From Catajapyx aquilonaris (taxonomy: Eukaryota), in the NCBI GenBank assembly GCA_000934665.2, contig JYFJ02002941.1, forward strand, positions 1 through 48,585: 48,585 bases of DNA, written 5' to 3'. Position numbers and translations under genes: made by a program. Each line of letters opens with the position of its first letter. The first letter of the stretch is position 1. The notes beneath the pieces were generated by a model. The model was not told where the DNA came from. It saw only the letters and a list, made by a program, of their open reading frames with translations, and did not search any database. Shown in pieces: positions 24,176-37,006 of this stretch.

Positions 24176-25301
24176 TGAAGAAAATATTATTCGGCATTTA
24201 ATAACTGAGGCCATTGAATCTGCATGAGCTACGTTTAGTTTTGATTTCATGAATACCTTGAGAGAATAAGTAGTAGTCACTTATGATATTTTCATATTAT
24301 TTTCCAGTCTGAAGGTAAGAAGTAGGCCTACATATTTTCATTAATCACCAGTGAATCATAATGCACTGTAATGTAACAATGAATGCATATTTTGTGATCC
24401 GCGCACTTCAACATTCACTGGAGTATTATTGCTTAAATGTCGTTCAAATTCAATGTCGAAATTAATTTTGGATGTGACATATTGTGCTCTAGAAAAATCT
24501 GACTCATTTGCCAAGGAAACCTTGCTGTGAAGCTGTAATGATTTTTTACATTGTGTTCAGCCTTGTAATGGCAAGTAGTAGCCTACTAGTAAGCGAGATC
24601 CAGGACCCGGTCTGAAAGAGGTCAACCTTTGAAACTAGGATACCAGTAGTTAGGGTCACATCATCCGCAGATATATGGGCACAGTTTTGACCTTGAAACA
24701 GCTCTCTTAACGATGGTTTCTTGTGAATAAATATGATTGAATGGCAATAGGAATGGTTTCTGCAAAAGAAATTGCATATAATTTATTGCAATAGTGACGT
24801 ATGTACCGGAATATTCTCTAACACTTACTGATAAGGCGGTAGATATATCTGGATATCTTTCCTTGCGATTCCGGTGGCCATCGGAACCTGGTGTAGCAAA
24901 CACTGATTGTCACTTTGATAATTCTGGCCTGCCAATGTGATGGTCCCCTGATTTCACGTATAAAAAGTGTGGGAACGGAGTGGCAACAAACTGAGCTGTG
25001 CAAGGGACGAAGGCGGTTTGGTTGGCCGCTTACTCCGAAGTTTAACTCGAAGGTGTGATGCCCCACGTGAGTATTTTCTGTCTGTCTTTGCGTTTTTCTA
25101 AGAATACGTAATAATATGCTGCTCATACTTGAGCCTTAAACCTATATATATATAAGTGACATGCAATCGAGTAGGCACGAAAAAATGAGAGATAAGGGAG
25201 GCGGCAAATCTTCATATCTCAAAGTATTGTGATTCATTCTTAGTAATTCATTGCTTCTCTGTTGCCTTATCCATTAACTTCAATTGAATTTGTAGGGAAC
25301 C

Positions 25302-27792
25302 ATGGAAGTTGCTGCCAGTGTGGCTTCCTCTGCGTCATATGTGCAGCAACAGGGATTTTTATTTCGTTGGACCATCGAACACTTCCAAGAGATGTTGTGG
25401 AGTGAGCAGCACCAGAGCACTGAGCCGAAAGAGATTCTGACATCCGAAGTTCAGCAAGTCGTCTTTGAATCTCAAGGAATCGAATACCAATTGAAAGCTC
25501 GTTTTCCCTGCATCAGATATGGTGGAATATATTGGGACGAAGACAGGCTCTCCATGCGTTTCGACTTCGACCTTGATGACAATGGGGCAGAAGTGACTTG
25601 TAATTTTGTGTCGGTGACAATCAAAAGCTCAATGGGCCAGGACTACACCAGGGCCATACGCAATGGTCCAATTTCGGAAGTGGTAGATATTGGAGCAGGG
25701 GAATTTACCGATATTATCGACATGAAAAAATTGATGTCGCGGAGGGATGACCTGCTGCCAAACGACAAACTGACCCTCATCTGCCAAGGGGATTTTGAAA
25801 TGGATCTCAGACAGTTCAAAATCCCTGAACCTAACTTATTGAGCAATTTTGAAGGAATATTGCAGTCTGGTAGTGGTAGCGACGCTGTTCTGGTAGCTCA
25901 AAGGAAGGAGTTCCTGGTCCACAGGGTGGTCCTTCAGGCCAAAAGCCCTGTGTTTGAAGCCATGTTCAACCACGACACCACAGAGAAGAGGACAGGAAGG
26001 GTCGTAATCGAAGACATAGATGCGCCAGTTGTGGAAGCAATGATACGGTTCATCTACACTGACGAGGAACCTCCCAACCTGCCAGAGGTAGCCATCGATC
26101 TGATGGTGGCTGCAGGCATGTATGACCTGGAGAGACTCCAGAGCATGTGCGAGAGACAACTGGCCATCACTCTCAACTTGGGTAACGTCATGTCCCTCCT
26201 GGATTTATCAATCCACCACAGTTGCCCCAGACTGAAAGGAGCTTGCTCCACATTTGCTGTGCTCAACTACCCTGCACTGAGGAATGCTCCACACTGGGAG
26301 AGGACCATGGCCCAGGAGTACCCGGATGCTTTGGACGAAGTCTTGGAGTGCATGCTAGGGCCACACAAAATTGACACCCAAGAAGATGGAGAGAGGTGAG
26401 TGTTGGTGCTGGGCTCCAGTGGGAATTAAGGTGGGAATTCGTATAGGTAACAAGGTGAGGTGAGTGATAAGTTTAATGTCAATGGGACTAATCTCTTGGT
26501 CAATACTCGACTCCCCCCAAAGGTCAATAATTACGATGTCCAGATTAGGAAGTTTGCATTTTGCTTTATCGATATGAGAGAAATCTTTCATTTTTCCGTC
26601 AATTAGTACACTATAGTTCCATAATATTATTGAGGGGGGAGGGTAGGAGAGATGCTGAATTTTTGGATTGAATTTTAATAAACATTTTAGAATAAGTCAC
26701 CTCATGCTATAGGATTTTTTTCTTTGCATTTTTAGAATGATGGTTTCTGCCAAAAAGGATTCTTTGGTGCGATATGAGCAGAGACAGAAATTACGCTTCG
26801 TTTGGACAATTGATCACTTCAAAGAAAAGATGTCGAATGGTCAGAAGGGCAAAAAGCTCACAACTCTGACATCCCCAGTTTACCTATTCACCTTTGGAAC
26901 TAATGTAATGAAGTTTCACTTGAAAGCTAAGATTCCTTGTGACAGCAACGATGGCTTTCAGGAATATGAGAGCTTCGGCCTGTACCTCTACTACGACCCT
27001 GATGATCAAGGCCACGATTTGACTCCTCACTCCTGCTCAGTGGCAATGAAAAGCGCAAATTACTTTGACATCAACCAGCACATGCCTCCTGGTCAAGTTT
27101 TTCATGCTGCCAGTGACTCTGTACCGGCATGGCGATTTTACTCACTTAACTCCATGAAACAACTGATGTCATCGAGGAGGAAGGACATGTTTCCGAACAA
27201 CACAATGACCATCACTTGCCAAGGGAAATTTGGCATGGATCTCAGAAAGTTCCAAGTCAACGAGTCCAAATTCATGATCAATTTTGAAGGGATACTGCAG
27301 TCTGGTAGTGGTAGCGACGCTGTTCTGGTAGCTCAAAGGAAGGAGTTTCGGGTGCACAGGGTGGTCCTCCAGGCCAGAAGCCCTGTGTTTGAAGACATGC
27401 TCAACCACGACACCACTGAGAAGAAGACAGGAAGGGTCGTCATTGAAAACATAGATCCTCCAGTTGTGGAAGCCATGATACGGTTCATCTACACCGATGA
27501 GGAACCCTCTAACCTGCCAGAGATAGCCACCGATCTGATGGTGGCGGCAGGTAGGTATGGCCTGGAGAGACTCCAGAGCATGTGCGAGCGTCACTTGGCC
27601 AGCACCATCAACATGGGTAACATCGTGAATCTTCTGGATTTATCAATCCGTAACAATTGCCCTCGACTGAGAAGGGCCTGCAGCACATTCGCAAAGCTAA
27701 ATTCCAGCAAAATGAAGAATGCTTCCAATTGGGGAAGGAAGATGGTCCAGAAGTTTCCACATGCCATGGAGGAACTGTTATGGACTACATGA
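25302..27792 (+). CDS. Tandem MATH-BTB-MATH-BTB protein (pair 3), exons 25302-26395 and 26736-27792, 716 aa
   Basis: A ends GAG AG|GTGAGT and B acceptor TTTTTAG|A ATG is in phase 2. Putative 5'UTR donor at 25067. The last ~10 codons of B are frameshifted relative to paralogs. Confidence 0.8.
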
Positions 27793-29462
27793 AGATTAAG
27801 CCTGATGCTGATTACCCATCATCGTAATTCGGCTCGAAGTTATATTTTGCTCCATTTCATGCTGTTGTACTGTAGGCTACTCTCCCGAATTTTGGTGTGG
27901 GAAAACCTAGTTCTTAATATTATAATAATTAATGTTACGCCATTTTTCTGTATTCAAAAAGAAAGCACAGCCTTTACTTTAATCGTTTTCTTGAATCCTT
28001 TATCAAAATGAGATTTTTTTACAGCAACTGAAATCAAAACCGATTCTGCCTTAATACACAGATGAAGATGATGCCCTCTATGTTGTTCTGTTGTGCTGTT
28101 GTTGTTCATTATTGACAAGTTTTTCATTCTCGATCAGTTTCATTTTTACTATCCAGGTTGAAGGTTAGGTATACGTATATTCTCACTGATCATCAGTAAA
28201 TAATCTCAATGCACTGTAGCCTATACTGTATACCAATGAAAGCGGAGTCCTCGCAATTTGGCCCTGACTTACATAAAAGTGCACTCTGCTCATAGAAAAA
28301 TTGCCTTGGAAGGGACCTGTTTGATCACTGATTGTGACTTACTTAGATAATTCTGGCCAGCCAATGTGAGGGACCACTGATTTCACGTTCAAAAAGTCTG
28401 GGAAAGGAGTGGAAACAGACTGAGACGTGCAACGGACGAAGTCGGTTTGTTGGTCGAGTCAGCTGACTCCTGCTCCGTTTGTCTCTATATAGGTGAGTGT
28501 TGCTTTTGTGTGTATTGTACTTCAGAGAGATAAAGGTATAGCCTATACTATAATAGGCTACAAAAAGTTTAGGCGAGAACGGACCCGATTCTTCAATTCA
28601 TCCGGGATTGATGGAATCTGAAGTACAGGTCTGTGTTTGTCTGATGGATTTTTACTCCTTTCCTTAATCTTTCGCCCTCTTCCGTGTTTAATAATACTGC
28701 AGAACTATTACATTGATGCACATGTGAACGGAATCAATGTATCAACCACAGATAGAAAAGTAAATAGTAATATGCTGCGCCATATACTTTAGCCTTGCAC
28801 CCAGCAGATCAGTTGCATTGACAAATAACTTAATCGAGCAGGGAAGAAAAGACGAGATAAAGGTATATGAGCAAGGGACAAACAGATAAACACACACATA
28901 TACACACTCACGCATAACATTGGGCCTGTGCTGTGGATTGCATCATGTCAGCATGAACGAAAGAGTCAGGTCTGGTCTGTCCAAAAATTTTGGACCAGAT
29001 ACTACTGTACTCTCCGATGAATTCGATGCGACTGTCCAAAAAAGAATGCCAATTAGCACCTAGGCTATACAAGCCTATACATACATTTGGTCACGGCAGA
29101 TTAGTCACAATCTACATTATTGATTGAAAGGTTAAACTTAAAATTTATTATATACCTTTCTAGAGCCTCCAGTTGCAATTACTGTACGTATAAAGTGTAA
29201 AATTAAATATTTGAAATGTGGTTTTTCGCAATACCCGATTTTTAAAAACCTGAGTTTCGTGATTTCGCCGACCATTATTAGCAACACCTTCCACAGAAAA
29301 GTATAGCGCTGAAAGGAAAAAAAATCCGACCTTTAAAAGTGACACTATTATCGTGCTGAATATTCAATCTTCATATTTTCATGATCATAATTATGATGAA
29401 ATCGTAGTAAATTAATGGTAATTTATTTTATGCGTAATTTTCTCTTGTATTTAAATAAAACT

Positions 29463-32021
29463 ATGGAGGTTGCTCCCAGTGGGATTTCATCTGCGACGTA
29501 TATGCAGAAACATGAATTTTTCTTTCGTTGGACCATTGAACACTTCCAACAGAAGATGTTGAATGAGCAGCAGGACAACAATGCGCAGGAAATTATTCTG
29601 ACATCCCCATTTCACCAAGTCGCCTTTGAAGCCCATCCAATCACATGTCAATTGAAAGCTCGTTTCCCCTGTATCAGATATGGTGAATTTCGTAAGGATG
29701 ACTGCCTCTCCCTGTGCCTATACTTCAACCTTCATGACCGTGGCCAAGATGTGACTTGTAATTCAGCTCATATGGCCACGACTACGAATACACCAGGGGT
29801 CGTGAACCAGTAGGCAATGGTCCAATTTCCGACATTGTAGGTGTTGGAGGATGGGGATTTTCCGACTTCATCACCATGACACAATTACTGTTACGGAGGG
29901 CTCACCTGCTTCCAAATGACACCATGACCATCATCTGCAAAGGGGAATTTGGCATGGATCTCAGACATATTAAAATCTCTAAATCCATTTTCATTCGCAA
30001 TTTTGAAGGGATATTGCAGTCTGGAATGGGTAGCGACGCTGTTCTGGTATCTCAAGGGAAGGAGTTCCAGGTGCACAGGGTGGTCGTCCTTCAGGCCAGA
30101 TTCCCTGTGTTTGAAGCCATGTTCAAACACGACACCACAGAGAAGAGGACAGGAAGGGTCGTCATTGATGAAGACATAGATCAACAAGTTGTGGAAGCCA
30201 TGATACGGTTCATCTACACAGACGAGGAACCACCCAACATGTCAGAGATAGCCACAGATCTGATAGTGGCTGCGGGAAGGTATGGCCTGGAGAGACTCCA
30301 GAACATGTGCGAGCATCACCTGGCCAACACCCTCAACAAGGATACTGTAATGCCTCTCCTAGATTTATCAATCCGCCACAGATTCCCCAGGCTGAAAGGG
30401 GCTTGTTCCACATTTGCTGTGCTCAACTACCGTGCAATGAGGAAGGCTCCCTACTGGGAGAAGACCATGTTCCTGGAGTATCCGGATGCTTTGGACGAAG
30501 TGTTGGAGTGCATGCTGGGACAGGGTAAAATTGACACCCATGCAGATATAAACAGGTGAGTGAAGATGCTGGACCCAAGTGGGAATAGAGATAAGAAGAT
30601 AGATGAGTGATAAGGTTATTCACAATGGCACTAATCACTTCACTCATAATAATATATTATGCACATCGTTTGCATTTCAAGCAAATACCGTACTTAACTG
30701 CCCCCAGAGGTCAATTTGTCTGACTTTATATAATGTTTTCTGTCGCAGGCCATCCTATATTATCGACTGGAACTAATGATAAGCAATGATTAAGCAACTC
30801 TGAGCATTTTCCTGTCAATTAGTTTTTCCATCTTTGAGGCCCAGGAAAGATTGTGTATTTCGTGAGAGTCATTGTATTTTTTTCATAGTTCAGAAGTCAC
30901 TTAAATTTTTTGTACCTATTTATAGAGGAACGATAGTTTCTGCCGAAAAGGATGCCGTGGTGCGATACGAGCAGAGACAGAGATTCCACTTCGTTTGGAC
31001 AATTGAAGACTTTGAAAGGACGATATCGAATGACCGGAAGGACGACAAGAATCGGCACAAAATTCTGACATCCCCGGTTCACCAAGTCGCCTTTGGACCA
31101 CATGTAGTTAGGTTTTACTTGAAAGCTCAGATTCCATGTTTCAAACATGGTGGCTATCAGGGGCAGGAGACCTTCCGCCTGTACCTTTACTACCAGCCTG
31201 ACGACCAAGGCCACGATGTGACTTCTTACTACGGCTCAATGGTAATAAAAAGCGCAAGTCGCCGCGACATCATCCAGTACGTGCCTCACGGTAGAATTTT
31301 TTACGCCTCAAATGACTGTGTAGCGGCATGGGGATGTTACTCATTCATGTTGATGAGTGAATTGATGGCATATAAAGGTGACCTGCTGCCGAACGACACA
31401 ATGACCATTGTATGCCAAGGGGAATTAGGCATGGATCTCAGAAAGTTCCAAGTCAACGAGTCCAATTTAATGAGCCGTTTCGAAGGGATACTGCAGTCTG
31501 GTAGTGGTAGCGACGCTGTTCTGGTAGCTCAAGAGAAGGAGTTCCGTGTGCACAGGGTGGTCCTTCAGGCCCGAAGCCCTGTGTTTGAAGCCATGTTCAA
31601 CCACGACACCACTGAGAAGAGGACAGGAAGGGTCGTTATCGAAGACATGGATCCGCCAGTTGTGGAAGCCATGATACGCTTCATCTACACAGACAAGGAA
31701 CCCTCTAACCTCCCAGAGGTGGCCACCGATCTGATGGTGGCTGCAGGCAGGTACAACCTGGAGAGACTCCAGAGCATGTGCGAGAGAGAATTGGCCAGTA
31801 CCCTCAACGTGGAGAACTGCATGATTCTCCTGAGTTTAGCAATCTGCAACAGTTGCCCTCAACTGAAAAGAGCCTGCTGCACATTCGCAATGCTCAATTT
31901 CAAGGAAATGAGGAAGGCTTCCTACTGGGGAAGGAATCTGATCCAGGAGTTCCCAGATGCCCTGATGGAGCTGTTAGACTTCATGAAGATTAGGCCTACT
32001 GCTGATTCTTCTTCATCATAA
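29463..32021 (+). pseudogene. Tandem MATH-BTB-MATH-BTB (pair 4), probable pseudogene: module A 29463-30555 disrupted, module B 30926-32021 intact
   Basis: A frameshifting deletion near 29765 in MATH gives a stop at 29813, while homology continues in another frame (GHDYEYTRG..GNGPISDIV). The upstream acceptor is mutated (TATAGAACTATG to AATAAAAACTATG). The AG|GTGAGT donor and in-phase B acceptor TTTATAG|A GGA ACG ATA remain; B lacks a start ATG. Confidence 0.8.
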
Positions 32022-34055
32022 TCATGTCATGTTAAATATTTTCCTCCATACTACAGTATCATGTACTTTCCCGCACTTCGTACAATACGAACATAAGTAC
32101 TTAAAACAGAATATTATTATTTTAATTATTATTATTAGCAATTATATGTAATTACATTCTCACTTATGTTATATCAGCAGTGAATCTCAATGCACTATAG
32201 GCCTGCTCTACCACTACCACTGAATGCATATTTTGGGGTACACGTGATTCGACCTTCACTTAATTATTGCTTTTAAATATATCACACTCAATTTTCCCAA
32301 ATCTTTCAGATCTTATGTGTTGTGATCTAGAAAATTGTCACTCATTCGCTCCAGAAATATGAGGTGAACCCCACTGCTCATTTAGTCATGTAGCATGGCC
32401 CCTATTCCTTACTGAAATTGCCGAAATCGTGTATAGAGCAAGGTCACATGAGAAATTACAAGAAATCCCTAGCCCGAGAAGGTAAGGCGTTGCCCAAAAA
32501 TCTGTCATATCTTTAGCGGTCACGGTCAATGCGGTAAAGGCCAGAAGGATGTCCCATTACCGCATTCATGTGAATCACAAAAAATAAAAGTACTCCTCTA
32601 AGTAAGAGTCTAGGTAAATCAATAATTTACCAACACAAAAAGTCACTGAATTACATTATCTGACGTCTTGTTCTCATGGAATCTTTTTCATTGTTTGGGC
32701 AGCAGCCATAAGCATAGTTCTGCTCTAAGTTATATTACATCAGAAAGTAACTAGAAAATTCCATCCAATGACATTAATTTTGACCTCGTTTTGAAAAATC
32801 TGTTACAAAATAGGCAGGAATGAAAATTATTCCAAATTTACATTGGCCATAAATCATACACAATTAGCATCTACCCCAAATAGTACTGTACACTTTCACA
32901 CAAAACTATATCATAAGTCAAACAGTAATGGCGGGGTGCTAGCCTTGGTCTGGGATTTGGGTACTTTGTACACAAATAGGGCTCAACCATACATATAAAC
33001 CTACATTCCACCACTTTTTGGCACCAAGATGTCATTCCTCGATTAATTATCGGGGGTTTAAAAGTCACTCGCGAATTGGTGGGGAAAGCAGGGGCATTGC
33101 TTATTGTCCATTACATACATAAATACTTTTATTCACGCTTCGGACACACAACTAGGGCACATTTACATAATTACATTTGGGTGGAGGGTGACCTCATCCT
33201 CTGTTTTATTATAGTGTATTTCTACACATCTAACTTACATTTTGAAGGAGTCCCTGCAACTCGAACTCGAATAGTGATTATAATCACTCATTGAGTATGT
33301 TGTGATCAACCACTTTAATAATTAATAGAAGCCTTTAAAACTGAAGTGTGTAAACGGCACATAATACTGTAATGTGAAGATATAATTTCCATGAGAAAAA
33401 TACAACTCTTGAGATTATATCATTAAGAAAGGCGGGACATGAAAGGAAGAGCCAAAAAATCCCACACCACATGCAATCTAACTATTATGGAATTCGGACT
33501 TCCAAAGCCTATAAGGCCCTGCAGCCCCTCACTTCCAATTTATTAAAACATAGATTGAACAATGCAACAATGACATGCCATCAGGTGACACCCCCCAATT
33601 AGGTCTCCTCAAGAGATATCGGGGGCCGATTCTCTCCGTTGTAGCCAATCCTTCCTGGCGTTCAGCAACAACAGCACCCCATCTGCCACCAGGCAGAAGG
33701 CACAACCTATTAAATTCAGCCATCAGGTCCATCACTAAGGCCCTCTTGGTGCAGCACCATCCGATGGCGCACACAGCAAGGTGAGTCTGGCAGGACCGGA
33801 CCGACGTCCCACGGTCACCTGTGGCGCTTGCTTGATCTCCTGGTCGGCGAGCTCACATATAATCTAACTGGATCACAATATGAGTAAAGAAGGAAGTGGA
33901 CAAAAATTACAGAAATTCAACCATGACCAGTTGTACCATTTTGAACAGGTGCAGTCATGGGTGACAAAACTGAAGTAATACCTATTCTAGAACATCCTTT
34001 CACAGGACACGTAAAATTAGATGCCAGCACAGAATGTAAACATGAAGCTGAGCAT

Positions 34056-35096
34056 TTACTTCAAGTACACCATAACAGCGGCAGTGGCCTCTGGGTACTC
34101 TTTTACCATGGGCAGCCCCCAATACGCAGCTTTCTTCATTTCATCTAGGTTGTACTTGGCATAAGCACAACATACATCTTGAAGTTGAGCACAGTTGTGA
34201 TGGATAGCGATGTTTAAGAGCGGTATGACATTATCCGCATTTATGGTGTAGGCCAGGTGATGCTCACACATTGTCTTCAAGCGCTGCAAGTCATACCTCT
34301 CCGCAGCTATCATCAGGTTTGTGGCTACTTCTGGCAGGTTTGGAGGTTCCTGATCAGTGTAAATATATCGAATCATGGCTTCCAATTCTAGTGGTTCTAT
34401 ATCATCAAAGACAACCCTGCCACTTGCACTCTCTTTTGTGTCGTGGCTAAACATTGCTGCAAACACAGGGCTTCCGGCCTTCAGGATCAGCCTGTGCACC
34501 TTGAACTCCTTACCTCCTTGAGCAACCAAGGTTGTGTCACTCTCTGCTCCAGATTCTAGTAGACGCAAGAAATTTGAGCTCAAGACTGGTCGATCAATGG
34601 CTACTGCCCTGATGTCCATGCTGAACAGCCCTTTGCAGATGATAGTCAAGGTGTCATTCGGCAGCAGGTCAATCATCCTGGTCAGCAAATAGTTGACTGA
34701 GATGAACTGGGACAATCCGCATGTGGTCCCAACACCTGTACTGGAAAAGTGCGTCCCAGGTGTGAAGTTCTTAGTGAAGTCGTTGTTGGTTGCGCTTTTA
34801 AGAGAGAGTGAACAGGAGTGAGTGGTCTTCTGCTGTCCGAGTTTATCAGGCAGGTGGTTGAGATACAGGGTGAGGTGCTCATTGTTGATGGATGCCACAT
34901 TTTCAACGCTGGAAACCTTTAGCTCCAGTGTCCACTCTGTCGGATGAGTTCCAAATGTGATTGTAAATTTCTCAGATGTCATACTTTTGGACCCACCACT
35001 CAGCATCCTGGCTTGGAAGCTCTCGATCTTCCAGCTGAACAGGAAACTGGCCCTGTGTTCACATATCCAAGGAAGTTTCTGCCCTGTGACTGCCAT
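34056..35096 (-). CDS. SPOP-like MATH-BTB protein, single module, 346 aa; the only inverted copy
   Basis: FSWKIESF...HLTLYL...LLPNDTLTIICKG; VHRLILKAGSPVFAAMF...AMIRYIYTD...AAERYDLQRLKTMCE. An acceptor TTTTGCAG lies just upstream of the ATG. Confidence 0.92.
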   Translation of the reverse strand: MAVTGQKLPWICEHRASFLFSWKIESFQARMLSGGSKSMTSEKFTITFGTHPTEWTLELKVSSVENVASINNEHLTLYLNHLPDKLGQQKTTHSCSLSLKSATNNDFTKNFTPGTHFSSTGVGTTCGLSQFISVNYLLTRMIDLLPNDTLTIICKGLFSMDIRAVAIDRPVLSSNFLRLLESGAESDTTLVAQGGKEFKVHRLILKAGSPVFAAMFSHDTKESASGRVVFDDIEPLELEAMIRYIYTDQEPPNLPEVATNLMIAAERYDLQRLKTMCEHHLAYTINADNVIPLLNIAIHHNCAQLQDVCCAYAKYNLDEMKKAAYWGLPMVKEYPEATAAVMVYLK

Positions 35097-35584
35097 TATT
35101 CTGCAAAAATAATTATTTTGTACATTATTGCACTAATATAAAAAATAGCAATCACAGTTCATTTTGTTACATTTAACAGCCTGCTCAGGGTTAACCAAAC
35201 TTACAGCCACATTAGTGAATACAAGGAGATAGCCGAGATCTTTCCACATGTAAAACCACTATTAAAAGGCTTATTTATCATTCATGGGGAATAAGTGAAT
35301 TTTATGCTCTACCGTACGTAACCAATGAGTGAATTTGTGTACTGCAATAAAAATCCTGGGATCCCATTATGCATATACAGTATGTAAACATTCAAAAATA
35401 GTGTTGCCTACTTTCAAGGTTGAAGAAGCATTAGGTTCTCTCAGCCAGTAAGGTATTTAGTTTTTGAAGCAGGTGAAGTGAATCGTACATTTACAATTCA
35501 GCTAAAAAGCCTAAGAGTTTCTGAAAATACTTAACTGTCTGCATGAAATTTTGTTAAAAAAATCCAGAATTAATTGTGGCTTCT

Positions 35585-36422
35585 TTAACTCTTAACTACG
35601 TAGGTGGGACCTGAGCGGCCCCAACCACTATTGAAACGTGTGTAACTTTTTCATTAATTTTTTTTCCTCCCTGTCCTTCAGGGAATTTGTCACAAAAACC
35701 TTCCTAAGCATGAACAGCAGAAGAAAATTTTTTTAGACACTATTCTTTGGCTTTAAAAAAATTCGTAACAAGGAACAGGCCCCACCGCTCAGTGCTGCGG
35801 TGAGTGGCTGACAGGAGTCAGCCCACCCGTGACTGCAAGACCATTTTATTTTTTTATTTTTTTATTTTTTTATTGTACCCCATTCTCCGACCTTGGGCCC
35901 TTATTGGGGGAGTGGGATACCACCATTTGTTTGGAACCATACACCGGATGTGTTTAGTTGTTCCAAGGGTAAGTAGGAGGGGATGTGCAAAGTGCAAGTG
36001 CAATGTCGTATATTGGTCATTTTGTGAACTCCCCCGGGTGGATTAGTCTAGCGGAAATTTCCACCCGAGGCGAAGCCAGAGATGGCCCAACTCTGCACGA
36101 GATGAAGGGGGGAACCCCGGGCTGGGAGCGAACCTGGGACCTTAACATCCGTGGGCGCATGCGTTACCCCAGCACCACTCCGCCTCCCCATCAGTGACTG
36201 TAAGACCATAAACAAGGCCCATTTTTCTGTTGGAATATGCTGTCTCAGCATGTGATTTTTACATTTTCGGAAGCCTAGTGATCTGAACTGCACTTTCTGT
36301 ATGTGAAAAGTCCAATATAACAATTGAACTGATAAGTAGAGATTTAAATCTACCGTTGGAGCCTCTCAGGCTCCACCTATGCAGTTAAAAGTGTTTCGGC
36401 CACCTACGTAGTTAGGAGTTAA
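35585..36422. mobile_element. piggyBac-like MITE with TTAA target duplication
   Basis: TTAA-CTCTTAACTACGTAGGTGG ... CCACCTACGTAGTTAGGAG-TTAA (19-bp TIR, 1 mismatch). An extra decayed right TIR lies at ~36373-36392. Confidence 0.85.
35845..36193 (-). mobile_element. tRNA-derived SINE inserted in the piggyBac-like MITE
   Basis: On the minus strand: A box TGGTGCTGGGG, B box GGTTCGCTCCC, A-rich tail. 16-bp TSD GTGACTG(C/T)AAGACCAT at 35829-35844 and 36194-36209. Confidence 0.88.
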
Positions 36423-37006
36423 CAACACTAAAAAGTATGCCGCAGCACCTACACTGCAGTCATCTTCTAAATTGTGGCAAAAAATAAGCAACTGCCTCCA
36501 TTCTTTGTCAGGACTGTCCCTGTTCTCTTTCACTTATTGTTAGTCAAAACTCTAGTGACAATACACTCTAATAAAATTATGGATTGGTCAGGCCCTAAAT
36601 TAAATTTAAAACCAGTAAGATATACACATATGTTGCATGTGTTTTTTGTTTTTTTGCACTAGTAGGCCTATATAAATTACATGATTCGTTATTGCTCATT
36701 TTGCAAATGGCTCACTTGCTTTTCATCCTTTTAAAATGCAAATATTTGTGGGCACACCATAGAAATTCACTAAGTCCAAACAAAAATCAAGTTTCGAGAT
36801 AACCCAAAGCAAATATTTGACTGCAAGCACTTTCTTACATGCCACAGTGCGGAACACGAAACGACCATCTGACGCCATCATTTTGTTCTCACGCAACAAT
36901 AGGGGTAAACAATGATCTTTTTGTTGACACTGTTTACTCATACTGTTGTGTGACGATGACGTCAGATCGTCGGTTCGTTTTCCGCAGTTTAGAGGGAAAA
37001 TCCTGG

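Noticed and set aside
24508..24520. Further X-box-like strings (TTGCCAAGGAAAC here; GTTTCCATGGAAAA at 5539)
   Set aside because: Not conserved in the homologous spacer (~32340) and not at a consistent distance from a first exon.
36120..36190. tRNA gene on the minus strand
   Set aside because: A and B boxes are present but there is no convincing cloverleaf; it is followed by a body, an A-rich tail and a TSD, so it is a SINE head.
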